Positions 24,989 to 36,095 of a stretch of DNA of 64,000 nucleotides are shown piece after piece. Under the pieces are notes generated by a model. That model worked only from the letters and a program-made list of their open reading frames with translations. It had not been told where the DNA came from and did not search any database. Position 1 is the first letter of the stretch; each line of letters opens with the position of its first letter. Source of the DNA: Mizuhopecten yessoensis (lineage: Eukaryota); contig NW_018406816.1 of the NCBI RefSeq assembly GCF_002113885.1, forward strand, positions 406,426 to 470,425. Direction: 5' to 3'. The position numbers and the translations under genes are program-made.

Positions 24989-26059
24989 ATGAAGTTAAGT
25001 ATAACGGTGATGTCGTTATGTTTTGTCCCAGTAGTATTGGGAAAGATACTGAACCAAGGTGGCGATACTCTACAAGTCCATAGCAAAGCCATACTGGACT
25101 TACAATTACGGTTATCTACTGTAGAACATCTGCGCAATGAAGACGCACTACGCATCGCTGATCTTGCAAAATGGCAGCAATTTGACCAGAGACGTATTGC
25201 AGATCTTGAAAAACAACAACAATTTGATCGCAGCCGTATTTCTGACCTTGTAAACAAAAGAGATGAGGACAATCGAACTATAGCTGACTTTGAGAAAAAG
25301 CGGCAACGTTCTGCTGACCTTGAGAAAAAGCGACAAAATGACCGGCAACGAATTGCTGACCTTGAGAAACAGCAACGTGTTTTTCAACGCCGTATTGCTG
25401 ACCTGGAGAAGAACCCCAGAGATGGTGATCAACGTCGTCTAACCTACCCTCAGAAACAGGAACTTCGTAAAAACTTGGACTCCCATCAGAAATTTCCCTT
25501 TAACTCGTTAACCAACAGTACAACCCGTATGGTCGATGGAAGACGCATGCCCAGCCTTAGGAAATTGAGACGTTTTGGACCCAGTCCCAGAAATTCTGAG
25601 TTACCAAGTCCAACGTTGGAAACAAGTGACCGAGGCATTAAAAAACGTGTTTCATCAGAAAATGAAAGAATGGTCGCATTTAGTGCTGCCCTATCGCATG
25701 ATTACTCCTCTCTGACTAATCTTATGGAAATACATTTTGACCATGTGATCACTAACATTGGGGGTTCTTACAGTGGAAACACAGGCACCTTCACATGTAC
25801 ACATGCGGGCGTGTATGTGTTCTCGTGGACAGTGCACGCGCACTTGCGTTATATGTACACGGAACTAGTCAAAAACGGTGTTGTGGTTGGAAATGCGTTT
25901 TCTGGAGATTCTCAGTACAGTGGGACCGGTGGAGGATCCTTGGTGGTACAGTTGGACCAAGGGGACGAAGTTTGGGTGCGAGTAAGTGAACATTACTCTG
26001 GAACTCACATTATCGGTAGTAGAGGTACGACTATGTTCTCTGGATTTCTTCTCCAGTAG
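24989..26059 (+). CDS. Secreted C1q-domain-containing protein, coiled-coil type, copy C (356 aa)
   Basis: Signal peptide MKLSITVMSLCFVPVVLG, RIADLEK repeats, gC1q motifs VAFSA, FDHVITNIGGSY, GTFTCTHAGVYVFSW, VQLDQGDEVWV, FSGFLL; single uninterrupted ORF. Confidence 0.93.
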   Translation: MKLSITVMSLCFVPVVLGKILNQGGDTLQVHSKAILDLQLRLSTVEHLRNEDALRIADLAKWQQFDQRRIADLEKQQQFDRSRISDLVNKRDEDNRTIADFEKKRQRSADLEKKRQNDRQRIADLEKQQRVFQRRIADLEKNPRDGDQRRLTYPQKQELRKNLDSHQKFPFNSLTNSTTRMVDGRRMPSLRKLRRFGPSPRNSELPSPTLETSDRGIKKRVSSENERMVAFSAALSHDYSSLTNLMEIHFDHVITNIGGSYSGNTGTFTCTHAGVYVFSWTVHAHLRYMYTELVKNGVVVGNAFSGDSQYSGTGGGSLVVQLDQGDEVWVRVSEHYSGTHIIGSRGTTMFSGFLLQ

Positions 26060-26387
26060 CAATGGTCTCTGAACTTACATACCAGTAGCCACATCAAACG
26101 CGTATATCAGGTTCTTACCTATTCCTTCAATGTGAGTGTAGATAAGTAAAGAAATCAATCTGTTTTTCTTGTTTTGTGTGATTTGTTACAAAAAAATGAA
26201 GCCGGGAGCAAACTGACTCCATAGTGTTATTCGTATGACAGCCAAAAACCTGATCGTACGTTTTAAATATGGAAGTTTTGTTGTTATAGTAATAAGTGTT
26301 TTTTATCATGGATATATTTCTGTCTTTCAGTCTGGGTTCTTATCATGTCATATAAAGACACAAATGTTTGGGGCAGTTTAAAGTGCC

Positions 26388-26995
26388 ACCATCTCGTCCA
26401 GGACTATTTCCCCCGGCTTCGCATCGGGAAATAGTCCTGGCCTCGGGGGGATCATAAACTTGCTATATCCCGAAATACCCATACTTCAACTGTTTTATTA
26501 TACCGATACAAACACTCCCTTACAATATTCTAAATATTATTAGACAACAAATGTTCCATGTCCGCGATATCCAAACCCTTTTCAGTGAAGTAGCTAGAGA
26601 GCAAAGTAACGTATGCCTGTACTATTTTTTGTGTGTTCCAACTGTCTTTTGCCTCCAATATGTCCGACAACTCGCTCTTGTCCAACACAGAAAACCTGGG
26701 GGTCGCCATTTCTGTCGTCGTCTGTCAACAACAATGCGAGGTGAAGCTCGGTCCAGAAAGTACCGGCTCCGCTGGCCGGAAATAGCCGACGTAATTCGAT
26801 TGCGTTGATTGGTCAATATTCGGTCAGACCCCGCCCACGACGTAACTCAATTTCCGGCATTTTCCGAGGGAAATAGTTTTAAAACTATCGCACCCCTCCA
26901 GACGAACTATTTCCCTGGCATGCAGTTAGAGGGGAAATAGCTTGTTTATGTGGTTACTTTTGTATAGTGTAAAATAAGTAGAGGTATAATAAAAT
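26388..26995. mobile_element. Unclassified non-autonomous element with terminal hairpin
   Basis: Hairpin ggactatttcccccggcttcgcatcgggaaatagtcc; inverted pair ttttattatacc (~26493) / ggtataataaaa (~26982); interrupts the 3' flank shared with paralogs. Confidence 0.5.
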
Positions 26996-27652
26996 ATCTT
27001 AATCTAGACACAGCAGCATGCCATTCAGTGCTATCACGATAAAGTGAAACAAGCTAACCAGCATTGCCTATGGCGACACCACCGAAAGGAGATTGTTGAA
27101 AGGAAAGGAAAGAAAAGAAAGAGATTCCAAATGCTGCAATGGGGACTGCATCTCGTTTTGGTTTCTCCAGTGTCGTGATACAAATATCAGTTCTACATCC
27201 GTGGAGTATGTATGACCTATGTAGCGGTGAGGAGAAGGTATGTGTATCGGAGGGGAGGACCCTTGATTTTCAAAGATGATGTACTCCTAATAAGATACTT
27301 TCAATGTAAATATTCATCACCATGCGGTAATGTAGTAATCGTGTATTCTCTACACTGTATTGTTTATGAGAATAAAACAATTGTCATTGTCATTGTCATT
27401 GCAAACTGTAGTAGCCCAGAAATGATATATCCACATCAACCAATACAACCGAGGTTATTTCTCTAGTTTATTCAATTATACAAAATATCACTGATGTGTT
27501 TTAGGTAAAATGCCAGAAAAAAATTTGGAAAGGTCCATGGGCAACTATTTTTTTCAGTCCTCAGTATTGGCTCAATTTGCCTATCATATGGTTATTTGGA
27601 AGAAAGTATAACACATTTCTTAATATTACTGTAGTATATTATGAATTTTATA

Positions 27653-28481
27653 AGCTCACCTGGTCCGAAGGACCAAGGTTAGCTTATGCCATCCCGTTGC
27701 GTCCGTCGTCCGTCGTCCATACGTCCGTCCGTCCGTCAAAAATTTCTTTAAACGACTTCTTCTACTTAACCACTAATTGGAATTCAACTAATTTTGACTG
27801 GAAGCATCCCTAGGTAGTGGGAATGCAAAATCATACAAATGTCGGGGCTGACCCCCAGGGGGCAGACGGGCGGGGCCAAAAGGGGGCAATTTGGCTATAC
27901 TGCTTTAAGCGACTTCTTCTCTGAAACTAAGAGATGGATATCAACCATATTAGACTGGAAGCATCCCTAGGTGGTGGAAATTCAAAATTGTACAAATAAT
28001 GTGGCTAACCCCCCAGGGGGCTTAGGGTCGGGGCCAAAAGGGGGCAATTTGGCTATACTGCTACAAACGACTTCTTCTGTAGAACTGTGCACTGGATATC
28101 AATCATATTTGATCAAAAGCATTCATGGGAGGCAGGAATTCAAAATTGTACAAATGGTGGGGCTGACCCCCAAGGGGGCTGAGGGTGGGGCCAAAAGGGG
28201 GCAATTTGGCTATATTGCTATAAACGACTTCTTCTGTAGAACTATGCAATGTATATTGATCATATTTGGTCGGAAGCATTCATGGGAGGCAGGGATTCAA
28301 AATTGTACAAATGTACACACCATAACTATACATGGAATTGCTGGGCATGAACAGTCTAATACAGATATGCTACAAGGATTGGCCTTGGGGTCTGGCATAT
28401 TCCCTTGATCTCATTTGGAGAATATTTTGCCATGATTGCTTAGGTATCCAGGTGAGCGATAAGGCCCTCTGGGCCTCTTGT
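27653..28481 (+). mobile_element. HINE with ~155-bp internal tandem repeats
   Basis: agctcacctggtccgaaggaccaaggttagct 5' end, (cgtc)n, repeats with ggggccaaaagggggcaatttggcta, 3' ccaggtgagc and hairpin aggccctctgggcct followed by cttgt. Confidence 0.85.
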
Positions 28482-29975
28482 AATATTTTATTTACATATA
28501 TATACATGAAGCTTCACTAGAAAAAATAGTAAATGAGTACACGTGCAATTTTTATTTAGCATACATATTAGCATATTCAATTTATATTTTTCATGTCTGA
28601 ATATTTGGTGCTTAGCATCGAGCCATTCGATCATTGTACATTTTTATGTATATATATATCAGGTTCCCCTGATGAACCTCTAAAGAGGCAAAAGTGCTAG
28701 GGAGGTACTAAGAAACTCTTTGCATTTGTTTTGTATATACATATAGTATATATTTCTACTATTGCCGGTTTTTTTCTTTTTTAGTTTCGCGATTTGTGAT
28801 TATGTTTTAATTTCATCAATTATCCACCCTCAACTCGTATACTTAATTCAAATCTCTTTCTCACTAACAGTTATAAATCACATTCTTACTCCCTTCCTGG
28901 ACTTATTTTTCATTATCTTCCACTCTTACTTTATGGTTAAGTGCTGGTAGTGAGTTAATCATTATTGTTAATTTTGTTAGTCAATATTTGTTAATGATAG
29001 TTATATACATTGATTTTTATTTTAATAACTGTACATGGCTATTTATTCGATTTGTGAGTAACCTGAGTGGTCGGGCCATTCCCTACTGACAAAGACATAC
29101 CCGTTTATTGAGATAATTTGATAATCATAGTATCGATGAACAGTTATGTGCAACTATTTTTTTTAAATTTTATATGCATGCATCAATATTGTGCTATGCC
29201 AATTTCGCAATGTATTTACACAGATTGCAATGGTCATTTAGTGAACAAGAATAGGTCATGCTCCAAAAACAGGTAGAAAAGACTTTTAAAGAGTAACTCT
29301 GAGCTGTGCCTGAGTTATAAGTTAATCTTGGATACAAGTAGGTGATACAATTTTCTAATTTTACAGGTAAAATCAAGGGTAGGTCGGAATACCTGAAACC
29401 CACATTTCCCCCGAAAATTCATGCTCCTTTTTGCATTAAGATTCATTAGTTTGGAAACATGTTATATCAACGTTTTACGTCAACTGATTTTCTGGGAAGA
29501 TTCAAGATATTTAATGAATGAGATAATGATAACGTCTGATGCTAACCACACATCAACATATGATAGCTTTATGGAATACATGAGTAGCACTTAACATCAG
29601 TAAAAACTTTTCATAGTATTCTGACACGATATTGGGTTATTGTTTTGTTTGTTACTAATATTTGAAGAACAAATAAATAAGAAGAGTCATTGTTTGATTG
29701 TAGGGCACAAGATCAATTCATGTTGTATACATTTAAAATATCCAACCATTTTACCCTATACAAGTCCCCAACAGTTGGTATACATGAATCGAAGAATGTA
29801 ATATTGAATATGTTTGCTTTTATCTTATCAGTAAATGTAGGTGCTATACAGACCTGTGTGTGCCCTGTAAGGAACCAGTGACGGTATCAGTATCGGAGTG
29901 ATCAAGACGTTAAGACAGAATATCGTTTCCGAACATTGTCTGGAGTTTTGTCTGTTGATTTTCCCAAAAGGAGAC

Positions 29976-31100
29976 ATGAAGTTAAGTATAACGTTGATTG
30001 CGTTATGTTTTGTCCCGATAGTATGGGGACAGATACTGAACCAGGGTGGCGATACGCTACAAGTCCATAGTAAAGCAATACTGGACTTACAGTTAAGGTT
30101 ATCTACTGTAGAACATTTGCGCAATGAAGACGAACTACGTATCGCTGATCTTGCAAAACGGCAGCTAATTGACCAGAGACGTATCGCCGACCTTGAGGAA
30201 CAACAACAAATTGATGACAGCCGTATTTCTGATCTTGTAAACAAAAGAGATGAGGACAATCGAACTATTGCTGACCTTGAGAAAAACCGACAAGACGATC
30301 AGCAACGTATTGCTGACCTTGAGAAAAAGCGACAAAATGACCAGCAACGCGTTGCTGACCTTGAGAAAAAGCGACAGAATGACCAGCAACGCATTGCTGA
30401 CCTTGATAAACAGCAACGTGTTTTTGAACACCGGATTGCTGACCTAGAGAAGAACCCAAGAGATGGTGATCAGCGTCGTTTAACCAACACTCAAAATCAG
30501 CAACATCGTAGACACGTGGTCTCCCATCATAGATTTCCTTTTAACTCGTTAACCAACAGTACAACACATATGGCTGATGGAAGACGCATGCCTAGCGTTA
30601 GGAAAACGAGAAGTGTTGGAACGTATCCCGGAAATTCTGAGTTAGCAGGTCCAACGTTGGAAACAATTAACCAAGGGATCAAAAAACGTGTTTCCACGGA
30701 CAATCAAGGTATGGTGGCATTTTATGCTGTTCTAACGCACAGTATCAAGCCAGTCGCTAATCTTATTGAAATACGTTTCGACCGTGTAATCACTAATATT
30801 GGGGGTTCCTACAGTGGAAATACGGGTACTTTCACGTGCACACACGCGGGCGTGTATGTGTTCTCGTGGACAGTGCATGTAGATCCACGGTACATGTACA
30901 CGGAACTAGTAAAAAACGGAGTAATGGTTGGAAGTGCGTTCTCTGGAGATTCTCCGTACAGCGGAATCGGAGGAGGAACCGTGGTTGTGCAGCTGGACCA
31001 AGGAGACGAAGTTTGGGTCCGGGTAGAATTCCATGTGTCTGGAAGTTACATTTACGTCGATAGGCATACAACAACGTTCTCTGGATTTCTTCTCCAGTAG
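29976..31100 (+). CDS. Secreted C1q-domain-containing protein, coiled-coil type, copy D (374 aa)
   Basis: Signal peptide MKLSITLIALCFVPIVWG, eight RIADLEK-type repeat starts, complete gC1q ending FSGFLLQ; single ORF. Confidence 0.93.
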   Translation: MKLSITLIALCFVPIVWGQILNQGGDTLQVHSKAILDLQLRLSTVEHLRNEDELRIADLAKRQLIDQRRIADLEEQQQIDDSRISDLVNKRDEDNRTIADLEKNRQDDQQRIADLEKKRQNDQQRVADLEKKRQNDQQRIADLDKQQRVFEHRIADLEKNPRDGDQRRLTNTQNQQHRRHVVSHHRFPFNSLTNSTTHMADGRRMPSVRKTRSVGTYPGNSELAGPTLETINQGIKKRVSTDNQGMVAFYAVLTHSIKPVANLIEIRFDRVITNIGGSYSGNTGTFTCTHAGVYVFSWTVHVDPRYMYTELVKNGVMVGSAFSGDSPYSGIGGGTVVVQLDQGDEVWVRVEFHVSGSYIYVDRHTTTFSGFLLQ

Positions 31101-32329
31101 CAGTGATCTATGGACTTACTTAACAGTAGCCACATAAACACGCATCTCACGCACACGCGAGTGTAGATAAGACGCAATATACAAACTGTGTTGTTTATAA
31201 AGAAAATAACAACATAACAGACTCTCATTGCGCTATCCATATAAAAACGTATACCATTTACTGATCGTACTTGTTTCATTTTTTTTACACGGAAAGTTAG
31301 ATTGCTACAGTGGTATGTCTTTATTTGATCAGAGTGATATTTTTTTGTCTTTTTGTTGTTTGTGTGTCTGTCTTTTCTGTTCTGTTACTACCGTCACATC
31401 ATATCGTATAAAGATATGGTGTTCGAAAATGATTGGGCCGCTATAAAGAGTATCATTACACTCCACTGTAGTCACGTTATACTGATACCGGGATAATCAG
31501 AAATACCTAGGGAGACATTAACGAACAAAACGAGTAGGAAGGAGAGAAAAGAAAAAAGGAAATTCAAATTATTACCATCGGAACAGTTGCTTATATTTGT
31601 TTTTTCCAATGTTACCTTATAAGAAGATGCAAAAAGATGATAAATAGATAACTTTTGCATGGGATCCACAGTATTAAGAAATCCCATGTAATCTTTCTTT
31701 TATTAATTCATATTCAATTAGTTTACTACTTAAGAAGTAACTGTGATAACTTTAGAGTAAACGATATATTCTTATATCGAAGAAACTGTGTGCACTCACT
31801 TGTGTACATCAATCCCAACGAGAAAATAGTCAAACATGTTTTAGTTCAAAGTTAACGAATATAAATTCATTTCTAAAAAAACAAAAGAATTTAGCACGAA
31901 ACATAGCATTACGCCATAATTTCAACGCCGAGCAACTTCAATCAGAAGAGAGAATTGCAAATACCGGGCCAAACATTGTAGTATACAACGTCATGACTAT
32001 TTTGATATATAACCCTAGATGTGAGTTTAGTAAGCCTCTCGCAGTTAAATCCAGTCGTTATCTACGGAAACATCTAAAGGATATGTTAAAAATTCTTCGC
32101 AAATTTTCTGTCATTACAACTTGTAGTAAATGGTACACTTTTCACTTCAAATCAATCATATATTTCCATTTCCATTGTACAGTTTCTAGACAAACAATTT
32201 GTTATAACCCAATGGTAGCAAGAACAACTGCACGCTAATTCACGAATGGTTTTCGATTGATGTTCGCCCCCTGACAGCTGGTTACAATAGAAAGCAAGAT
32301 CCACACATATAACAGGGATGGAATAGTCA

Positions 32330-34310
32330 AACACCTTCAAAAACTTCTTCTGAATAACTAAGAGGCCAAGAGTGATGATATCTGGACAGTAGGTACACCT
32401 TCAAAAACTTCTTCTGAATAACTAAGAGGCCAAGAGTGATGATATCTGGACAGTAAGTACCTGGCATGAAGCGATATGAAATTTCCTCAAATATATGATC
32501 TTGGCCTACTTTCAAGATTACAAGAGTCAAATGTTTTAAAAACCTTTATACAACTTCTACTGAATAACTAAAAGACCTAGAGCAATGATATTTGGCCAGT
32601 AGGTACCGCGGGAGAAGTGCTATAAAGTTTCCTCAAATAAATGACCTTGGCCTACTTTCAACGTCACACGCGTCAAATATGTAAACACTTTTTAATACCT
32701 TCTTCTGAATAATTAGGAGGCCCAGAGTGATGATACATACTTGACCAGTAGATATCTTAGACGGGGTGCTTTAAGATTTTATAAAATAAATTACCTTGAC
32801 CTACTTTAAAGGTCACAGGCATCAAAAATATAGACAAAATGAACATTTTTTTCTAATTAACAAGGAGGCCCAGGGCGATGATAATTGCCCAGTAGGTACC
32901 TGGCATGGAGTGCTTTAAATATTCTTTAAATTAATGACCTTTTCCTACTTTTAAGGTCACAGAAATCGAATATGTAAATACTTTTTAAAACCTTCCTCTG
33001 AATAACTGGGAGTCCTAGAGTGATAATACTTGGCCAGTAGATATCTGAGACGGTGTGCTATAAAATTTTCAAAAATAAATGGCCTAGACCTACTTTAAAG
33101 GTCACATGCATCAAATATAATTATAACAAACCCTTTAAATAACTTTTTTCTGACTACCAGGAGGCACAGGGATATGATAGTTGGCCAGTAGGTACCTGGT
33201 ACGGAGTGTTAAGGTCACAGAAATCGAATATGTAAATACTTTTTAAAACCTTCCTCTGAATAACTGGGAGTCCTAGAGTGATAATACTTGGCCAGTAGAT
33301 ATCTGAGACGGTGTGCTATAAAATTTTCAAAAATAAATGGCCTAGACCTACTTTAAAGGTCACATGCATCAAATATAATTATAACAAACCCTTTAAATAA
33401 CTTTTTTCTGACTACCAGGAGGCACAGGGATATGATAGTTGGCCAGTAGGTACCTGGTACGGAGTTTTAAGGTCACAGAAATCGAATATGTAAATACTTT
33501 TTAAAACCTTCCTCTGAATAACTGGGAGTCCTAGAGTGATAATACTTGGCCAGTAGATATCTGAGACGGTGTGCTATAAGATTTTCAAAAATAAATGGCC
33601 TAGACCTACTTTAAAGGTCACATGCATCAAATATAATTATAACAAACCCTTTAAATAACTTTTTTCTGACTACCAGGAGGCACAGGGATATGATAGTTGG
33701 CCAGTAGGTACCTGGTACGGAGTGTTATATAAAGTTTCCTCAAACTACCATGACCTACTTCCAAGTTCAAAGGGGTCAAATATGTAAAAACCTTTAAACA
33801 ACTTTTTCTGTGTTACCAGGGCCCGTATTCATGAAACCGTTCTCATGCTTAAGAATGATTTCTGTGCTCAAGCCAACTTTCTTTTGGTAACTCCCTTAAA
33901 TCATTTAACATGTTAAAAAAGTCAAGTGTAAACATTGGAAACAGTTATCGTCTTAAAGTCTTTCCAAATTGCTTGCATATCATTGACTAAATATGATTTC
34001 TTTCAATTTATCACTGGCAAAAGAAATTGGACTTGGACACAGTATCTGAGTTTGAGCATGAGAACGGTTTCATGAATATGGGCCCAGGAGACCCCAGAGG
34101 CCCCGGAGGCCCTGGAGGCCCTGGGTGATTTGATTTGACCAGTAGCATGTTGGAATAGAGTTGTATAAAGTTTCATTATGTCTGTGACATTCTTAAGGCA
34201 AAAGAGACTCAATGTATGGAAATATTTGCAAAATTACTTTTATTGAGAACATTTTCCAATTGTTGCTCAAATATCCAGGCGAGCGATACAGGCCATCTGG
34301 GCCATTTGTT
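32330..34310 (+). mobile_element. 5'-truncated HINE with ~120-130-bp tandem units and a recent 258-bp x3 amplification
   Basis: tgacct.gacctactttcaaggtcac units; near-identical blocks at 32953, 33211, 33469; 3' end ccaggcgagcgatacaggccatctgggccatttgtt. Same family at 63138-63714. Confidence 0.75.
33820..34084. mobile_element. 265-bp PIF/Harbinger-like MITE nested in the HINE
   Basis: TIRs ggcccgtattcatgaaaccgttctcatgct / agcatgagaacggtttcatgaatatgggcc; 3-bp TSD CAG (33817-33819 and 34085-34087). Confidence 0.75.
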
Positions 34311-35054
34311 TGTTTTTGTTTGACAAAATCAAAAGCTCTTTACACGACTCCTAGCGGCTGATACGAGTAGACTTGTCTGATGTTTTTACTGAAAATCAAA
34401 ATAACCGCGCGGCAACGTAACGGTAAACTTGACAGGTTTCGGGGTTTGTATGTAGCTAATCTGTAATCGGGCATTATCATAACGCGATAAATCATGTTTT
34501 TTATTGCAAAACCAAAACGAGCTGTTGTCCATCATGCAGCACTTTTGAACCCCTTTATTTCTTTTCTTTATCTCCTGTTCGTTTTATATATATATATATA
34601 TTTTTTTATCTCTCTGTCAGTATAATGTGACCAGATGGGATGACATGCTATCGGTTCAGGGTAATGACATTTAAATGACAGATAATGGCACTCTTAAACG
34701 GTCCAATCATTTGCAGACACCGTTTTTACATGACATGATGGGTACAACGAGTAGAGATATAAAGAGACTGATAGACAGAGTGATAGAGACAAAAGGAGAC
34801 AGAGAAATATCACTATGATAAAATAGCGTTTCATATCTAAATACAAATATAAAGTACAAACAAGTTTATCTTGTCGCATACTAAATTAAGAACAACACAA
34901 AGGTTGGCTACCTTGTCCTCGTTTTTATAAATCACACAAAACATGAAAACAAAGTAATTGGTATATTTCGTCTTCTCTACACTCACATGTGATAGGTTAA
35001 CATCTGAGATACGTGCTGTATGTGGCTACTGGTAAGTAAATCCAGAAATCATTG

Positions 35055-36095
35055 CTATTGGAGAAGAAATCCGGAAAACATTGTCGTACGCGTATGGACG
35101 AAAATTTGAGTTCCAGATGTATGTTCACCTAGTCGGACCCAAACTTCGTCTCCTTGGTCCAGCTGCACAACCACGGATCCTCCTCCGATTCCGCTGAACT
35201 GGGAATCTCCAGAGAACGCATTCCCAATCACGTTACCGTTTTTGACTAGTTCCGTGTACATATACCGAGGATTCACGTGTACTGTCCACGAGAACACATA
35301 CACGCCCGCATGTGTACACGTGAAAGTACCCGTGTTTCCACTGTAAGAACCACCAAGATTGGTGACCACTTGGTCGAAATGTATTTCCATAAGTTTAGCC
35401 ACCTCCGTGTAACTGTGCGTTAGGACAGCATAAAAAGCGACCAAACGTCCGTTGTCTGAGGAAACACGTTTTTTAATGCCTTGGTTGCTTGTTTCCAACG
35501 TTGGACTTGGTAACGCAGAATCTCTGGGATTGAGTCCAAAACTTCTCGTTTTCCTAACGCTAGCCATGCGTCTTCCATCGACCATGCGGGTTGTTCTGTT
35601 GGTAAACGAGTTAAAGGCAATTTTTTGACTGGGGGCCAAGTTTCTACGAGGTTCCTGTTTCTGAGGGTAGGTTAAACGACGTTGATCACCAACTCTGGGG
35701 TTCTTTTCCAGGTAGGCAATACGGCGTTGAAAAACACGTTGCTGTTTCTCAAGGTCAGCAATACGTTGATGGTCATCTTGTCGCTTTTTCTCAAGGTCAG
35801 CTATAGTTCGATTGTCCTCATCTCTTTTGTTGACAAAGTCAGAAATACGGTTGTCGTCAATTTGATGTTGTTTCTCAAGGTCGGCAATACGTCGTTTGTC
35901 AATTTGTTGCTGTTTCGAAAGATCAGCGATGCGCAGTGCGTCTTCATTGCGCAGATGTTCTACAGTAGATAACCTTAACTGTAAGTCCAGTATTGCTTTG
36001 CTATGGACTTGTAGCGTATCGCCACCCTGGTTCAGTATCTGTCCCCATACCATTGGGACAAGACATAACGCAATCAACGTTATACTTAACTTCAT
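35055..36095 (-). CDS. Secreted C1q-domain-containing protein, coiled-coil type, copy E (346 aa)
   Basis: Signal peptide MKLSITLIALCLVPMVWG from CAT at 36093-36095, coiled-coil repeats, complete gC1q; inverted relative to copies A-D. Confidence 0.93.
   Translation of the reverse strand: MKLSITLIALCLVPMVWGQILNQGGDTLQVHSKAILDLQLRLSTVEHLRNEDALRIADLSKQQQIDKRRIADLEKQHQIDDNRISDFVNKRDEDNRTIADLEKKRQDDHQRIADLEKQQRVFQRRIAYLEKNPRVGDQRRLTYPQKQEPRRNLAPSQKIAFNSFTNRTTRMVDGRRMASVRKTRSFGLNPRDSALPSPTLETSNQGIKKRVSSDNGRLVAFYAVLTHSYTEVAKLMEIHFDQVVTNLGGSYSGNTGTFTCTHAGVYVFSWTVHVNPRYMYTELVKNGNVIGNAFSGDSQFSGIGGGSVVVQLDQGDEVWVRLGEHTSGTQIFVHTRTTMFSGFLLQ

Noticed and set aside
27971-28408. 145-aa Gly-rich ORF with collagen-like GPKG motifs near the C1q genes
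   Set aside because: It lies wholly within a HINE tandem array, has no Gly-X-Y run, and starts at GTG.
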